Below are positions 41,376 through 50,422 of a stretch of DNA of 64,000 bases, piece by piece. A program made the translations under genes and the position numbers. Under the pieces are notes generated by a model. That model was not told the DNA's origin. It saw only the letters and a list, made by a program, of their open reading frames with translations, and made no database searches. The stretch lies in the NCBI GenBank assembly GCA_964012805.1, contig CAXGUD010000012.1, positions 42,311 to 106,310 of the forward strand. Reading direction: 5' to 3'. Position 1 is the stretch's first letter. The number at the start of each line of letters is the position of its first letter. This stretch comes from an uncultured Bacteriovoracaceae bacterium. GTDB lineage: Bacteria > Bdellovibrionota > Bacteriovoracia > Bacteriovoracales > Bacteriovoracaceae.

Positions 41376-43301
41376 GTGAAGTTACTTCCCTTTTATGCAT
41401 CTATTTTAACCTATATATTTAGCTATATTGTATGTGGCATAATTGGACATTTTTTGGGTTCACATGGTTTCGATTTTATTTGGGTTTTTCCTCCAGCCCT
41501 TATTCAACTTGGTTTTTTTTTTATAAGAAGAAAAGTAAAAAAACTAAACTTTTTTGCGATGTCTTCTCAAACAATCTATGCCATTTTTTTTATTTTTTAC
41601 ATGATCCCAGATCTCTATAAATTAGAAGCCTACCTTGCTTTTTTTATTTCGCTATCCCTTTTATGTGTCACTATTTTAAAGCTTGAAGAGTTTCTAGTTA
41701 TTTCTTTAACTGGCATTATATTTTTCTTTTGGCTTTATATCTTTAAGGATGGGGTTGTTAGTACTAGTGAAATTAGAATTACTTTTATTCTCCTTTCCTT
41801 TAGTTTTTTCTCCTTTTTATCTTCTATTTATGTGAATTGGATAAGGTTACGGCTTAAAAAAAAGGAAAAAACCTTGCAGGATAATCTTTTTTTTATAACA
41901 AATCAAAAGTCCAATCTGAATAATATTCTTAATAACCTTAATCAAGGTTACCTTACATTTGATAAATTTGGAACTATTGGTGATGAAGTAACGATGATAA
42001 CAAACTCCCTTTTAGAAAATGACATCAAAAAGGTAAGGGATCAAGACTATAAAGTTTGGGATCTTATTTATGAAGATGAAAAGAAAAAAGAGCAATTTAA
42101 AAGCTGGGTTTGTAAGGTCTTTGATGGAAAGCTTTCTTTTAAGGACTTACTACCTCTGGCACCTAAATATTTTAAGGGAAAAAAGTATAAAGACGTTAAA
42201 TTGGACTTTAGGCCGATTTTTTATGAAAAAATGAATAAAAAAGTTGAAAAAATTATAATGATATCTATTGATAAAACTAATGAAGTTTTATTAGAAGCTG
42301 AAGCTGAACGAAAAAATGGACAAGTCAATTTTATTATTAATTGCCTTGATCACCCGATTGATTTTTTAGACTTGATCCATGATACTTATGAAGCCCTTGA
42401 TAAAGATCCCGATTTGAAAAACGAAAAGGAATTATTATTTCGAAAATACCATACGCTTAAGGCCAGGTTCGGACAGTTTAAATTAATAAGTCTTGTAAAA
42501 AAAATCGATAAAATTGAAAATTATATTCAAAATAGTGATGAGAAAAAATTAAAAATTAGTATCCAGGAATTCAAAGACGATTTTGACAGTCTCCTTAAAG
42601 AAAATAGTTTAATTGTAAAAGCTGCTAATAAATTTATGGTTGAAGATGGTCAGGCCATTGAAGCATATAGGGTCATTGAATATATAGTAAACGCAGAATC
42701 TTTGGAAGAACTTCATTTACTCATTTATGAAGATCATATACTCGTTGATTTAAAGAGAAAGCTAAAAAGATATATAGAGCTTACCAAACAAATTGGATTA
42801 GACCAGGAAAAAGAAATTGTCCTTGAAATAACAGGGGACGATGTCTTAGTTGAGTACAACAAGTATTCCGAATTCGTTAATAGTCTTATTCATATCTTTA
42901 GAAATATGATAGATCATGGAATTGAGACAAAAGATGAAAGAGATAAAAATAATAAAAACTTAATTGCAAAAATTGATGTTAAATTTAAAAAATATAAAGA
43001 TAAATTTGTGATAACTTTAAAAGATGATGGAAGAGGGATGGACCCTGAAAAAATTAAATCGACAGCAATTAGTCGAGGCCTTAAAACCGAAAAAGAGATA
43101 AACAAACTAAAAAAGGAAGAAATATTTAATCTTGTTTTTCTCCAAGGTTTTTCTACCAAAGAAGGCGTCAGTGAACTTTCTGGAAGAGGTGTTGGAATGG
43201 GAGCAGTTCAATCAGAAATCAACAACCTTTCGGGTTCCATTACAATAGATTCTGAAATAGGGAAAGAAACCAAGTTCATCGTAACATTGCCATTAAAATG
43301 A
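41376..43301 (+). CDS. Multi-TM sensor with Hpt and HATPase_c (CheA-like histidine kinase), paralog of 32529-34808
   Basis: About 5 TM; FRKYHTLKARF; HIFRNMIDHGIE, DDGRGMD, FLQGFST, SGRGVGM. Confidence 0.88.
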   Translation: MKLLPFYASILTYIFSYIVCGIIGHFLGSHGFDFIWVFPPALIQLGFFFIRRKVKKLNFFAMSSQTIYAIFFIFYMIPDLYKLEAYLAFFISLSLLCVTILKLEEFLVISLTGIIFFFWLYIFKDGVVSTSEIRITFILLSFSFFSFLSSIYVNWIRLRLKKKEKTLQDNLFFITNQKSNLNNILNNLNQGYLTFDKFGTIGDEVTMITNSLLENDIKKVRDQDYKVWDLIYEDEKKKEQFKSWVCKVFDGKLSFKDLLPLAPKYFKGKKYKDVKLDFRPIFYEKMNKKVEKIIMISIDKTNEVLLEAEAERKNGQVNFIINCLDHPIDFLDLIHDTYEALDKDPDLKNEKELLFRKYHTLKARFGQFKLISLVKKIDKIENYIQNSDEKKLKISIQEFKDDFDSLLKENSLIVKAANKFMVEDGQAIEAYRVIEYIVNAESLEELHLLIYEDHILVDLKRKLKRYIELTKQIGLDQEKEIVLEITGDDVLVEYNKYSEFVNSLIHIFRNMIDHGIETKDERDKNNKNLIAKIDVKFKKYKDKFVITLKDDGRGMDPEKIKSTAISRGLKTEKEINKLKKEEIFNLVFLQGFSTKEGVSELSGRGVGMGAVQSEINNLSGSITIDSEIGKETKFIVTLPLK

Positions 43302-43313
43302 ACTTACTTTGAA

Positions 43314-43979
43314 TTAAGAAAGGGAAAAAGGACCTCCCTTCTCAAGCGCCTTTTTATAAGATTCCATCTTTTGAACTTTTTGAACATAGGAAAGAATATT
43401 AGGAAATTTATCTTTCAATAGACCTCTTGCTTCTGCAGCCTCAAGAGGAAATATCATAATAAAGTCAGCACTTGTTAAATGTTTACCAGCAAACCATTCA
43501 TGATCCTTTAAATGATCATTTATATGTTCTAATCTCAGGTTTATTTCCGGTTCAATATAGGAGCTTTTAACTTTTTTAACAATAGATTTAATAATTGGTT
43601 TTAGTAGAAAGGGGACCGGGGCTTTTTTAAGTGCATCAAATACAAGGCTTAATAATATTTGAGGCATTAAAGAGCCTTCAGCAAAGTGTAACCAATAAAT
43701 TATCTTTCTATTTTCCTCATCATTTAATGAGGTAAAACGGTCTTTTCCGTAGGTTGTTGCCAAATATTCTATTATGGCACCTGATTCGGCCATTTTTATA
43801 TCACCATCCTCAAGAACAGGAGATTTACCCATCGGGTGGACTTCTTTTAGCTCTTTAGGTGCAAGCATTGTTTTAGGGTCTCTTTTATAATGTTTTATTT
43901 CATAGTCGATACCTAATTCTTCTAAAAGCCAAATAATACGTTGAGATCTTGAGTTATTGAGATGATGGAGGATAATCAT
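43314..43979 (-). CDS. Glutathione S-transferase
   Basis: HHLNNSRSQRIIWLLEEL, HPMGKSP, ESGAI, WLHFAEGS, ADFIMIFPL. Confidence 0.93.
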   Translation of the reverse strand: MIILHHLNNSRSQRIIWLLEELGIDYEIKHYKRDPKTMLAPKELKEVHPMGKSPVLEDGDIKMAESGAIIEYLATTYGKDRFTSLNDEENRKIIYWLHFAEGSLMPQILLSLVFDALKKAPVPFLLKPIIKSIVKKVKSSYIEPEINLRLEHINDHLKDHEWFAGKHLTSADFIMIFPLEAAEARGLLKDKFPNILSYVQKVQKMESYKKALEKGGPFSLS

Positions 43980-44138
43980 GGAAGAAGTCCTTAATTTTTT
44001 GGCCTATTTTTTAATCTTCCTGATATTGTAGTAAATCTACTTACGACAAGTCGAATAAAAAAATTGATCAATTTATAAATAGACTGTGTCGTTTACAGGG
44101 TTGTTTAAAGCTACCTCATTATTTTAAGGAGCACTGTC

Positions 44139-45257
44139 ATTAAATTTATTATTTCAAGTATCTTATTTTTTCCCATATTTTTTATAGGGTTTTCAATCTT
44201 TTCTCAATTCGGGACTCTTCCGAAAGGAAAACACCTCAAGCAAATAGAAAAGTCTAAAAACTTTAGTAAAGAAAGAGAACAATTTGTAAACAGACGACCC
44301 GATATTATAGAAAAAATGAAAAAAAGAATGATTTCTATACCTCTCTGGGTTGATTGGTTTTTTGGTAATGAAAATGACAGATCCCCTAAGGAAAAGCTTC
44401 CTGAAATTGTTCCAGATATGAAATATTTTTTAACAAAATCTGACCATATTAAAGTTATTTGGCTTGGTCACTCAACTCTCTTGATCAATTTAGGTGGAAA
44501 GATCATTCTTTTAGATCCAATTTTTTCAAGAGCAGCTTCTCCTGTCCCTTTTGTTATCACAAGGTTTCAACCGCCTGTTATTAAACTTAAAGATCTCCCT
44601 TATATAGACTACGTAGTTATTTCACATGATCATTACGATCATTTAGATAGGGACACAATTAAATATTTCAAGGATAAAAAGACTCATTTCCTCGCACCTT
44701 TAGGTGTGGGAGCTCACCTCAGAGGCTGGGGAATTAATAAAGGAAGAATTACGGAACTAGATTGGTGGGAAGATATAAAAAGGGATGGAATTACATTCAC
44801 CGCAACACCCGCGCAACACTTTTCAGGTCGAGGCTTTTTTGCAAGAAATAAAACTCTTTGGGCAGGTTGGGTTTTAAAAAAAGGTGATAAGAAAGTCTTT
44901 TTCAGTGGAGACAGTGGATTTGATTCTCACTTCAAAGAAATAGGAAAAAAGCTCGGGCCTTTTGACCTCGCATTTTTGGATGTTGCTCAATACAATTCTA
45001 AGTGGAGAGAAATCCACTTATTTCCCCATCAAGTGCCTCAGGCCTTCTTCGATGTTAATGCCAAGTTTCTTATTCCTATTCATTGGGCCATGTTTGAAAT
45101 CGCTATGCATCCTTGGTATGAGCCAGCGGAAAAGCTGAAAATAAATGCAAGAGAGAAGGGAATTAACCTTTTAACCCCTAAAATTGGCCAAATGATTGAA
45201 TTAGGTAAAAGGCAAAAGACCAGTTTTTGGTGGGAGGCCTTCATCAAAAGGAACTGA
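44139..45257 (+). CDS. MBL-fold metallo-hydrolase (NAPE-PLD/RomA-like) with N-terminal membrane anchor
   Basis: WLGHST, SHDHYDHLD, PAQHFSGR, FSGDSG, PIHW; the frame is open upstream of ATG 44316 to an ATT at 44139 behind AAGGAG. Confidence 0.88.
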   Translation: MKFIISSILFFPIFFIGFSIFSQFGTLPKGKHLKQIEKSKNFSKEREQFVNRRPDIIEKMKKRMISIPLWVDWFFGNENDRSPKEKLPEIVPDMKYFLTKSDHIKVIWLGHSTLLINLGGKIILLDPIFSRAASPVPFVITRFQPPVIKLKDLPYIDYVVISHDHYDHLDRDTIKYFKDKKTHFLAPLGVGAHLRGWGINKGRITELDWWEDIKRDGITFTATPAQHFSGRGFFARNKTLWAGWVLKKGDKKVFFSGDSGFDSHFKEIGKKLGPFDLAFLDVAQYNSKWREIHLFPHQVPQAFFDVNAKFLIPIHWAMFEIAMHPWYEPAEKLKINAREKGINLLTPKIGQMIELGKRQKTSFWWEAFIKRN

Positions 45258-45259
45258 TT

Positions 45260-45754
45260 TTAAACTTCGGAAAATAGTTTTAACTGGCCTTTACAGTAAA
45301 TAAGATTACCGTCGTTAGAGCTTACTTTGCCATTAACAAAGGCAATGGTGGAGATTTCTCGTTCTTTATTTACCTTAATGCGGAGTATCTTATCGCCTCT
45401 TATATTATGGTGTGAAAAGGACATTTTTTTGTAGCTTATGACGAAGGTTTTCTTGAAGCCTCTATACTGACTTTTGAAATGATAATGATAATGGGCCATA
45501 ACAAAGCCAAAGGATTGGGCCATGATTTCTATCATAGAGGATTGCCTTAAAAATCCATCGGTACTTGCTAAAGGAATCTCATTAAGGTCAACTAAACATT
45601 CCCCTCCGTCTTCATCGCTCCACAAAATTGTTTTAACCCAAACCATAGGAGGTCTGTGGGGGAGCCAACTTTCTAGGACCTTTGTTTCTAATGGTCTATT
45701 GTAAATGATTTTTCCCTTCGCCTTTTTGATTTCGTTTGTCTTTAACTCTTCCAA
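45260..45754 (-). CDS. Hotdog-fold dehydratase-like protein (ApeP-like)
   Basis: LPHRPPMVWV, IEIMAQS. Confidence 0.7.
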   Translation of the reverse strand: MEELKTNEIKKAKGKIIYNRPLETKVLESWLPHRPPMVWVKTILWSDEDGGECLVDLNEIPLASTDGFLRQSSMIEIMAQSFGFVMAHYHYHFKSQYRGFKKTFVISYKKMSFSHHNIRGDKILRIKVNKEREISTIAFVNGKVSSNDGNLIYCKGQLKLFSEV

Positions 45755-45771
45755 CTTTTAATCTCTTGTTA

Positions 45772-47355
45772 TTATTTTTTAATAAAAAATTCATCACTTT
45801 GAATTGCTAATTGAATCAATTCCTTTTTAAGGTCCATTATATGGGAATCTAAAGGTGTATCCCTTGTTACAAAAGTAGCGACTTTTCTCACTAGATTATA
45901 GAGTTTCGTCGAGGTCTTTCCCTTTAAGCTTATTCCTCGAAGATCAAGGCCTTGGGTGAGGCAAATGAGGTGGCACGAAGTAAGAGAAAAGAGTTTATCA
46001 ATTAAATCAGAGCACTGGGAAGCGGCGCTCATTCCTAAGCTTATTTTATCTTGGTTATGTGATTCAGAAGATCTGGAAAAAATACCATTAGGAATTGTCA
46101 TGGCCATTATTTCCGATGTTATGGCCGAAACACATTGATGAAGACCTTTTAAACCGTGGTGGGAGTGCCTTTCATTTTCTCTCAGGTCATTTTTATCAAC
46201 AAGGTTATCAGGTAGGCCTCGGTTAGTTTTCCCATTAATTAAAAGGGCCAATTGCCTGTCCATATGATCGGCCAGATGACCAAGGCTTATTTTTAAGTAG
46301 TCCATGCCGTGGCTTAAATGGCCTCCATAAAAGTTTCCTCCCGTGGCCATTTGGCCTTCTTCATCAATGAGAGGGTTGTCACTTACACTATTAATTTCGT
46401 TTTCAAGCCATTTTTCAACAAGGTCAAACGTTTCCAAGATTGGGCCTAAAATTTGAGGAGAGCACCTTAGGGAGTAGGGGTCTTGAATCATTTGATCAAC
46501 AATATGGTCTTTAACCCCTATATCACGGTAAGGAGTCGAAGAATAAGACTCTTCTTCCAGGAGAGATATAATGATCTTTGCACTTTCAAATTGACCTTCT
46601 TGAAGTTTGGCCTTTTGGTTAACGAGCTCTCCAAAGGCCTCAACTCTTCCGTTAATACTGATACAAAGCCAAGCCGAGCATACATGGGCCATTTCGAGAA
46701 GGAACCTGCCATAGTTGTAATTAATAAGGGAGTAGGCCGTCATTGAAGAGGTTCCATTGACAACAGCAAGTCCCTCTTTTGGTTTAAATCTGTAAGGTTT
46801 TACCTTTTGCTCTTTTAAAAGGGAACTTGCTTTAAAAGTGCCTTTTTCTGTTATAACTTCACCATCACCTCTTAAGATATTACCTAAATAGGAAAGAGGA
46901 ATGAGGTCGCCACTAGCTCCAAGAGAGCCCTCTCTGGGAGTTAAGGGGAACCATCCCTTGTCAGCGAAAAGGATCATGTGTGAAATAAGCTCGGGGCTTA
47001 CCCCAGAGTAACCTTTGGAAAGAGAAATGATCCTTAAAAGGAGGGTCGCCTTAGATGTATGGTAGTCCAAAAATCGACCTGTTCCACAACGAAGGTATGA
47101 AAGGAGGTTTTCTTGAAGGTTCTTGGACTCATCTTGATTAATGTACTTATAGCAGCTGTCTCCAAAACCTGTCGTCACGCCATAAACGGGAATCTGGTCG
47201 TCCAGGATTTTGAGAAGTTGTGAAAAAGAACCCTCTATTTTGCCCTTTAGTTTATTGCTTACCGAAATTGACTTAAAGGTTCTTCGAGAAAAAATATAAT
47301 CCATCACTTTTTTAAGAGGGATAGGCCCATCTTCAATAAAAAAACATTCTTCCAT
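45772..47355 (-). CDS. Aromatic amino acid ammonia-lyase (HAL/PAL/TAL family)
   Basis: YGVTTGFG, MIO-forming GASGDL, KEGLAVVNG, QDPYSLRC, DNPL, GGNFYG, HNQD. Confidence 0.92.
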   Translation of the reverse strand: MEECFFIEDGPIPLKKVMDYIFSRRTFKSISVSNKLKGKIEGSFSQLLKILDDQIPVYGVTTGFGDSCYKYINQDESKNLQENLLSYLRCGTGRFLDYHTSKATLLLRIISLSKGYSGVSPELISHMILFADKGWFPLTPREGSLGASGDLIPLSYLGNILRGDGEVITEKGTFKASSLLKEQKVKPYRFKPKEGLAVVNGTSSMTAYSLINYNYGRFLLEMAHVCSAWLCISINGRVEAFGELVNQKAKLQEGQFESAKIIISLLEEESYSSTPYRDIGVKDHIVDQMIQDPYSLRCSPQILGPILETFDLVEKWLENEINSVSDNPLIDEEGQMATGGNFYGGHLSHGMDYLKISLGHLADHMDRQLALLINGKTNRGLPDNLVDKNDLRENERHSHHGLKGLHQCVSAITSEIMAMTIPNGIFSRSSESHNQDKISLGMSAASQCSDLIDKLFSLTSCHLICLTQGLDLRGISLKGKTSTKLYNLVRKVATFVTRDTPLDSHIMDLKKELIQLAIQSDEFFIKK

Positions 47356-47414
47356 TTTTTAGGCCATTTTAATTTGTTTGTTTTTCTCGAATTAATTTTT
47401 ATAATGTAATTATT

Positions 47415-47795
47415 ATGGAGAAAAGAAGCACTTTACTAAATTTTAGTAGATCAGATTTAAAGTGGCAAATAACTGATCTGTCAAAAAGTTCCTGGACAAT
47501 GAGATGGATCGTTCCTCACGACCTTCCCTTTTTTAACGGCCACTTTCCTGAAGGTTCGATCCTTCCCTCGGTCATCAGCTTAGAGGCTTCATTAGAATTG
47601 ATAGGTTTAGCTTTAAAAAAAGAAAAGGTGTTCTTAACGGAAGTTAAAACGGCCAAATTTTTTGCACCGATTACCCCCGGTTCGAAGGTATTTATTCGAG
47701 GAATGATGAAGAGTTCGGAAAATCACTGGTTAGTGGACTGGTTTGAAGAAATCGAAGAGGGAAAGAAAACTGCAACTTTTTCTTTATTATTATAA
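47415..47795 (+). CDS. FabA/FabZ-like (ApeI-like) 3-hydroxyacyl-ACP dehydratase
   Basis: FFNGHFPEGSILPSV, AKFFAPITPG. Confidence 0.8.
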   Translation: MEKRSTLLNFSRSDLKWQITDLSKSSWTMRWIVPHDLPFFNGHFPEGSILPSVISLEASLELIGLALKKEKVFLTEVKTAKFFAPITPGSKVFIRGMMKSSENHWLVDWFEEIEEGKKTATFSLLL

Positions 47796-47816
47796 TGAGG
47801 ACTCAAACCCCACGAA

Positions 47817-49244
47817 CTAATTGATGTAACGCTTCTTTTTAAATGCAATCCATGCCTTTTTGAACTTGTTATTTTTATAGATCCTGGCGTTTTCCCAACC
47901 ATTTTTAGGATGACTAAATTGAAATTGATAGCGCTCTTTTTTACAGGCTTCCCTTCCTTCTTTAAAAGTTCCCCGTCCTCTCGTAACAATCCAAAACCCT
48001 TCATTTTTTTCATCTTGGCAAGCAAAGGGAAGTTTTTCTTTGCAATCAGTTGCCACCCAACGACCATTTTGCGTAATTGCTGCACAATTTTTTCCCTGAC
48101 CCCATTTTTTAGGTTCTCCATCGGCCCATGTCCAGATAAAAGCTTTGGCGTGATCAACCGTTAACCAGTCAACTTCAAGACCTGGAATATTGCATTCAAT
48201 AGCCTCTTTCACAATAGAGGGAGTGATTTTACCCGTTTCCTTTTCGCCGTCGTAAAAACGGAGATATTTGGTGGCGTCCCAATGAATTGATTGCCAGTTA
48301 TCGGAGAGTCCATCTTCTCCATAAGTTGGGTCATGGGACCAAAGGACTTCTTCTATGCTTTCATCAGTGAAATGGCAGTGTTTTCCATCAAATTGCTTAA
48401 CTTTTGTTCTTTTTCCCCTTTTATTAAAGCTATAAGGAAAGGGGGCACCAATAATAAAAACTCTTTTTCCAGCTTTTCTAATTTGATTTATAGAAGGGTA
48501 GGGACCTCTCTCTTTATAAAGCCCTTCAGGCAAATCACTAGGTCTAAAGATCAGGTCTTTAAGGTGGTGTTTTAAAGGCGCTTCTAAAAGTTCAGTTTGT
48601 CCGTCACTTTGGTTTTGAATTTTTATGACAACCACTTCATTTTGATTTTCTTTTTTTCGTAACCAAATATTAAATTCCTCAATAATATTATAATAAAGCC
48701 GGTCAAATGGAGAGCATCCCAAGTGGCTATACTCACCGTGACAAAGGCGTATCCTTTTCCCATAGTAATGAGTGTCCAATTCAAAAACCCGTCCTCCTAA
48801 ATCAAGGAGGTCGGTCAGTGAGTATTTGTGATTAGGGAAAAGGTAACCGTCGTTTTTATTGTTAAAGGCATTATGGAGCCAAAGAACATTAACTTGATTA
48901 AGGGGTAAATCAGACTGAAGTTCTCTTTGAAAACGGATTGTTTTTGAGATCCAGGCGTGGGGTTTATTTTTAAGCTGATCCCTCTTTTTGGCCTTGCATA
49001 TTCCTTTGACTGAGCGGAGCCCTCTATCACATCCACCACTTCCTTGGAGCCAAAACTCTAATGTTATGGGAGTGCATTTCTTTTGGCCTTCTTGTCCACA
49101 AGACAAGTTTCCAAGACCTTTTTGATATTTTGCCACCGCCAAAGGTGTTGTTGTAAAGCTTGATAGTAAAAGGAACCAAAGAAAAAATACAGTTCTTGCT
49201 TTCATCATTCCTGCATATTTTGTAAGGGAGTAAGTCTTTTCCAT
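47817..49244 (-). CDS. Secreted PI-PLC-like phosphodiesterase with C-terminal C-type lectin-like domain
   Basis: HNAFN, SLTDLLDLGGRVFELDTH, LCHG; C-terminal W..GEP....NCA....GRW...DC....FAC pattern. Confidence 0.75.
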   Translation of the reverse strand: MEKTYSLTKYAGMMKARTVFFLWFLLLSSFTTTPLAVAKYQKGLGNLSCGQEGQKKCTPITLEFWLQGSGGCDRGLRSVKGICKAKKRDQLKNKPHAWISKTIRFQRELQSDLPLNQVNVLWLHNAFNNKNDGYLFPNHKYSLTDLLDLGGRVFELDTHYYGKRIRLCHGEYSHLGCSPFDRLYYNIIEEFNIWLRKKENQNEVVVIKIQNQSDGQTELLEAPLKHHLKDLIFRPSDLPEGLYKERGPYPSINQIRKAGKRVFIIGAPFPYSFNKRGKRTKVKQFDGKHCHFTDESIEEVLWSHDPTYGEDGLSDNWQSIHWDATKYLRFYDGEKETGKITPSIVKEAIECNIPGLEVDWLTVDHAKAFIWTWADGEPKKWGQGKNCAAITQNGRWVATDCKEKLPFACQDEKNEGFWIVTRGRGTFKEGREACKKERYQFQFSHPKNGWENARIYKNNKFKKAWIAFKKKRYIN

Positions 49245-49537
49245 TTCGAAACACCTTGAGAGTCATCAAAAATAAAAACGTAAAAATTTTTTAAAAAGAA
49301 GCCATTACTTTTCTCTACTCAATAAATTAAATTTTAAAAATAAAGAGGCGAACTTTAACGCCTCCGATACTAAAGAGTCAATGTTTCTTTAAATATTTTT
49401 TATTGCCGATAGGTCAATCTTATTCCTTTAAAGTCATCAAACGTTTCAATATTAAATTTCCAAAATCATTTTTCTGATAAACTTGAGAAGCTATATAAAT
49501 AGACAAAAAAACCGTAAAAAGAGCTTGTTTAGAGGGG

Positions 49538-50389
49538 ATGGTTTGCATGTTAAATTTAAAAAAACTGCGCGTTTGGACCTTTCTTTTTTTCTTATTGCCT
49601 TTTTCTTTTTTATCAAAAGCGGAAACGATTCATCTGATGGCAGGAAATTGGCCACCATATCTTTCTCCAAAAATGAAAGATAGTGGAATAGCTGGAAGAA
49701 TTGTCAAAGAATCTTTTGCTATGAAAGGCCATAAAGTAGAAATCCATTTTGGGCATTGGAAAGAAGGAATGGACTGGGCCAAGGTGGGAAGATCTCCTAA
49801 AGGTGGAAAGGTTCATGGAACTCTTCTTTGGTTTAAAACTCCTGAGAGGGAAAAATACCTCCATTACAGTGAACCGATCATTCATGAAAAGCACGTCCTC
49901 TTTCATAGAAAGGATAAAAGAATAACGTTTAAAAAGTATTCAGATCTTTCTCGCTTAAAAATTGGGGCGGTTATTGGCTTCCACTATGGAAAGGAGTTTG
50001 AGGAGGCAGAGAGGAGGAATATCATAAGGGTCGGGAGGACTTATATAAGTGAGTTTGCTTTTGCCTTTTTAGTTCATAAAAAAATAGATGTTTTTCCCCA
50101 AGAAATGCTTGTTGGTTACCACCAATTAAAAGAGTACTTTCCAAGAAAGCTTCAGGATCAAATTACACATTATCGAGGAAAACCTGTTTTTGAAGGTTGG
50201 AGTCACCTGACCCTAAGTAAAAAGCATTCACAAAATAAGAAATTAATGACCGATTTTAATGAGGGCTACAAAAAATTAAAAGATTCAGGAAAAGTAAAAG
50301 CTTACCTTGATGAAGTGAGAAACCCCCGGATGGACATGTACAAAAATAGTTTGAGGGGCCTTATGTTTATAAAAAAATGGAAAAAATAA
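49538..50389 (+). CDS. Periplasmic solute-binding protein, family 3 (orphan)
   Basis: NWPPY, PERE....YSEP, KIGAVIGFHYG, FNEGYKKLKDSG. Confidence 0.85.
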   Translation: MVCMLNLKKLRVWTFLFFLLPFSFLSKAETIHLMAGNWPPYLSPKMKDSGIAGRIVKESFAMKGHKVEIHFGHWKEGMDWAKVGRSPKGGKVHGTLLWFKTPEREKYLHYSEPIIHEKHVLFHRKDKRITFKKYSDLSRLKIGAVIGFHYGKEFEEAERRNIIRVGRTYISEFAFAFLVHKKIDVFPQEMLVGYHQLKEYFPRKLQDQITHYRGKPVFEGWSHLTLSKKHSQNKKLMTDFNEGYKKLKDSGKVKAYLDEVRNPRMDMYKNSLRGLMFIKKWKK

Positions 50390-50422
50390 AATAATAGTGA
50401 AAAAAATAAAAAGGCGGGATCT

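Noticed and set aside
44076..44096. Imperfect palindrome taaatagactgtgtcgttta upstream of the MBL gene (TetR-like operator?)
   Set aside because: Symmetry is weak and there is no regulator gene nearby.
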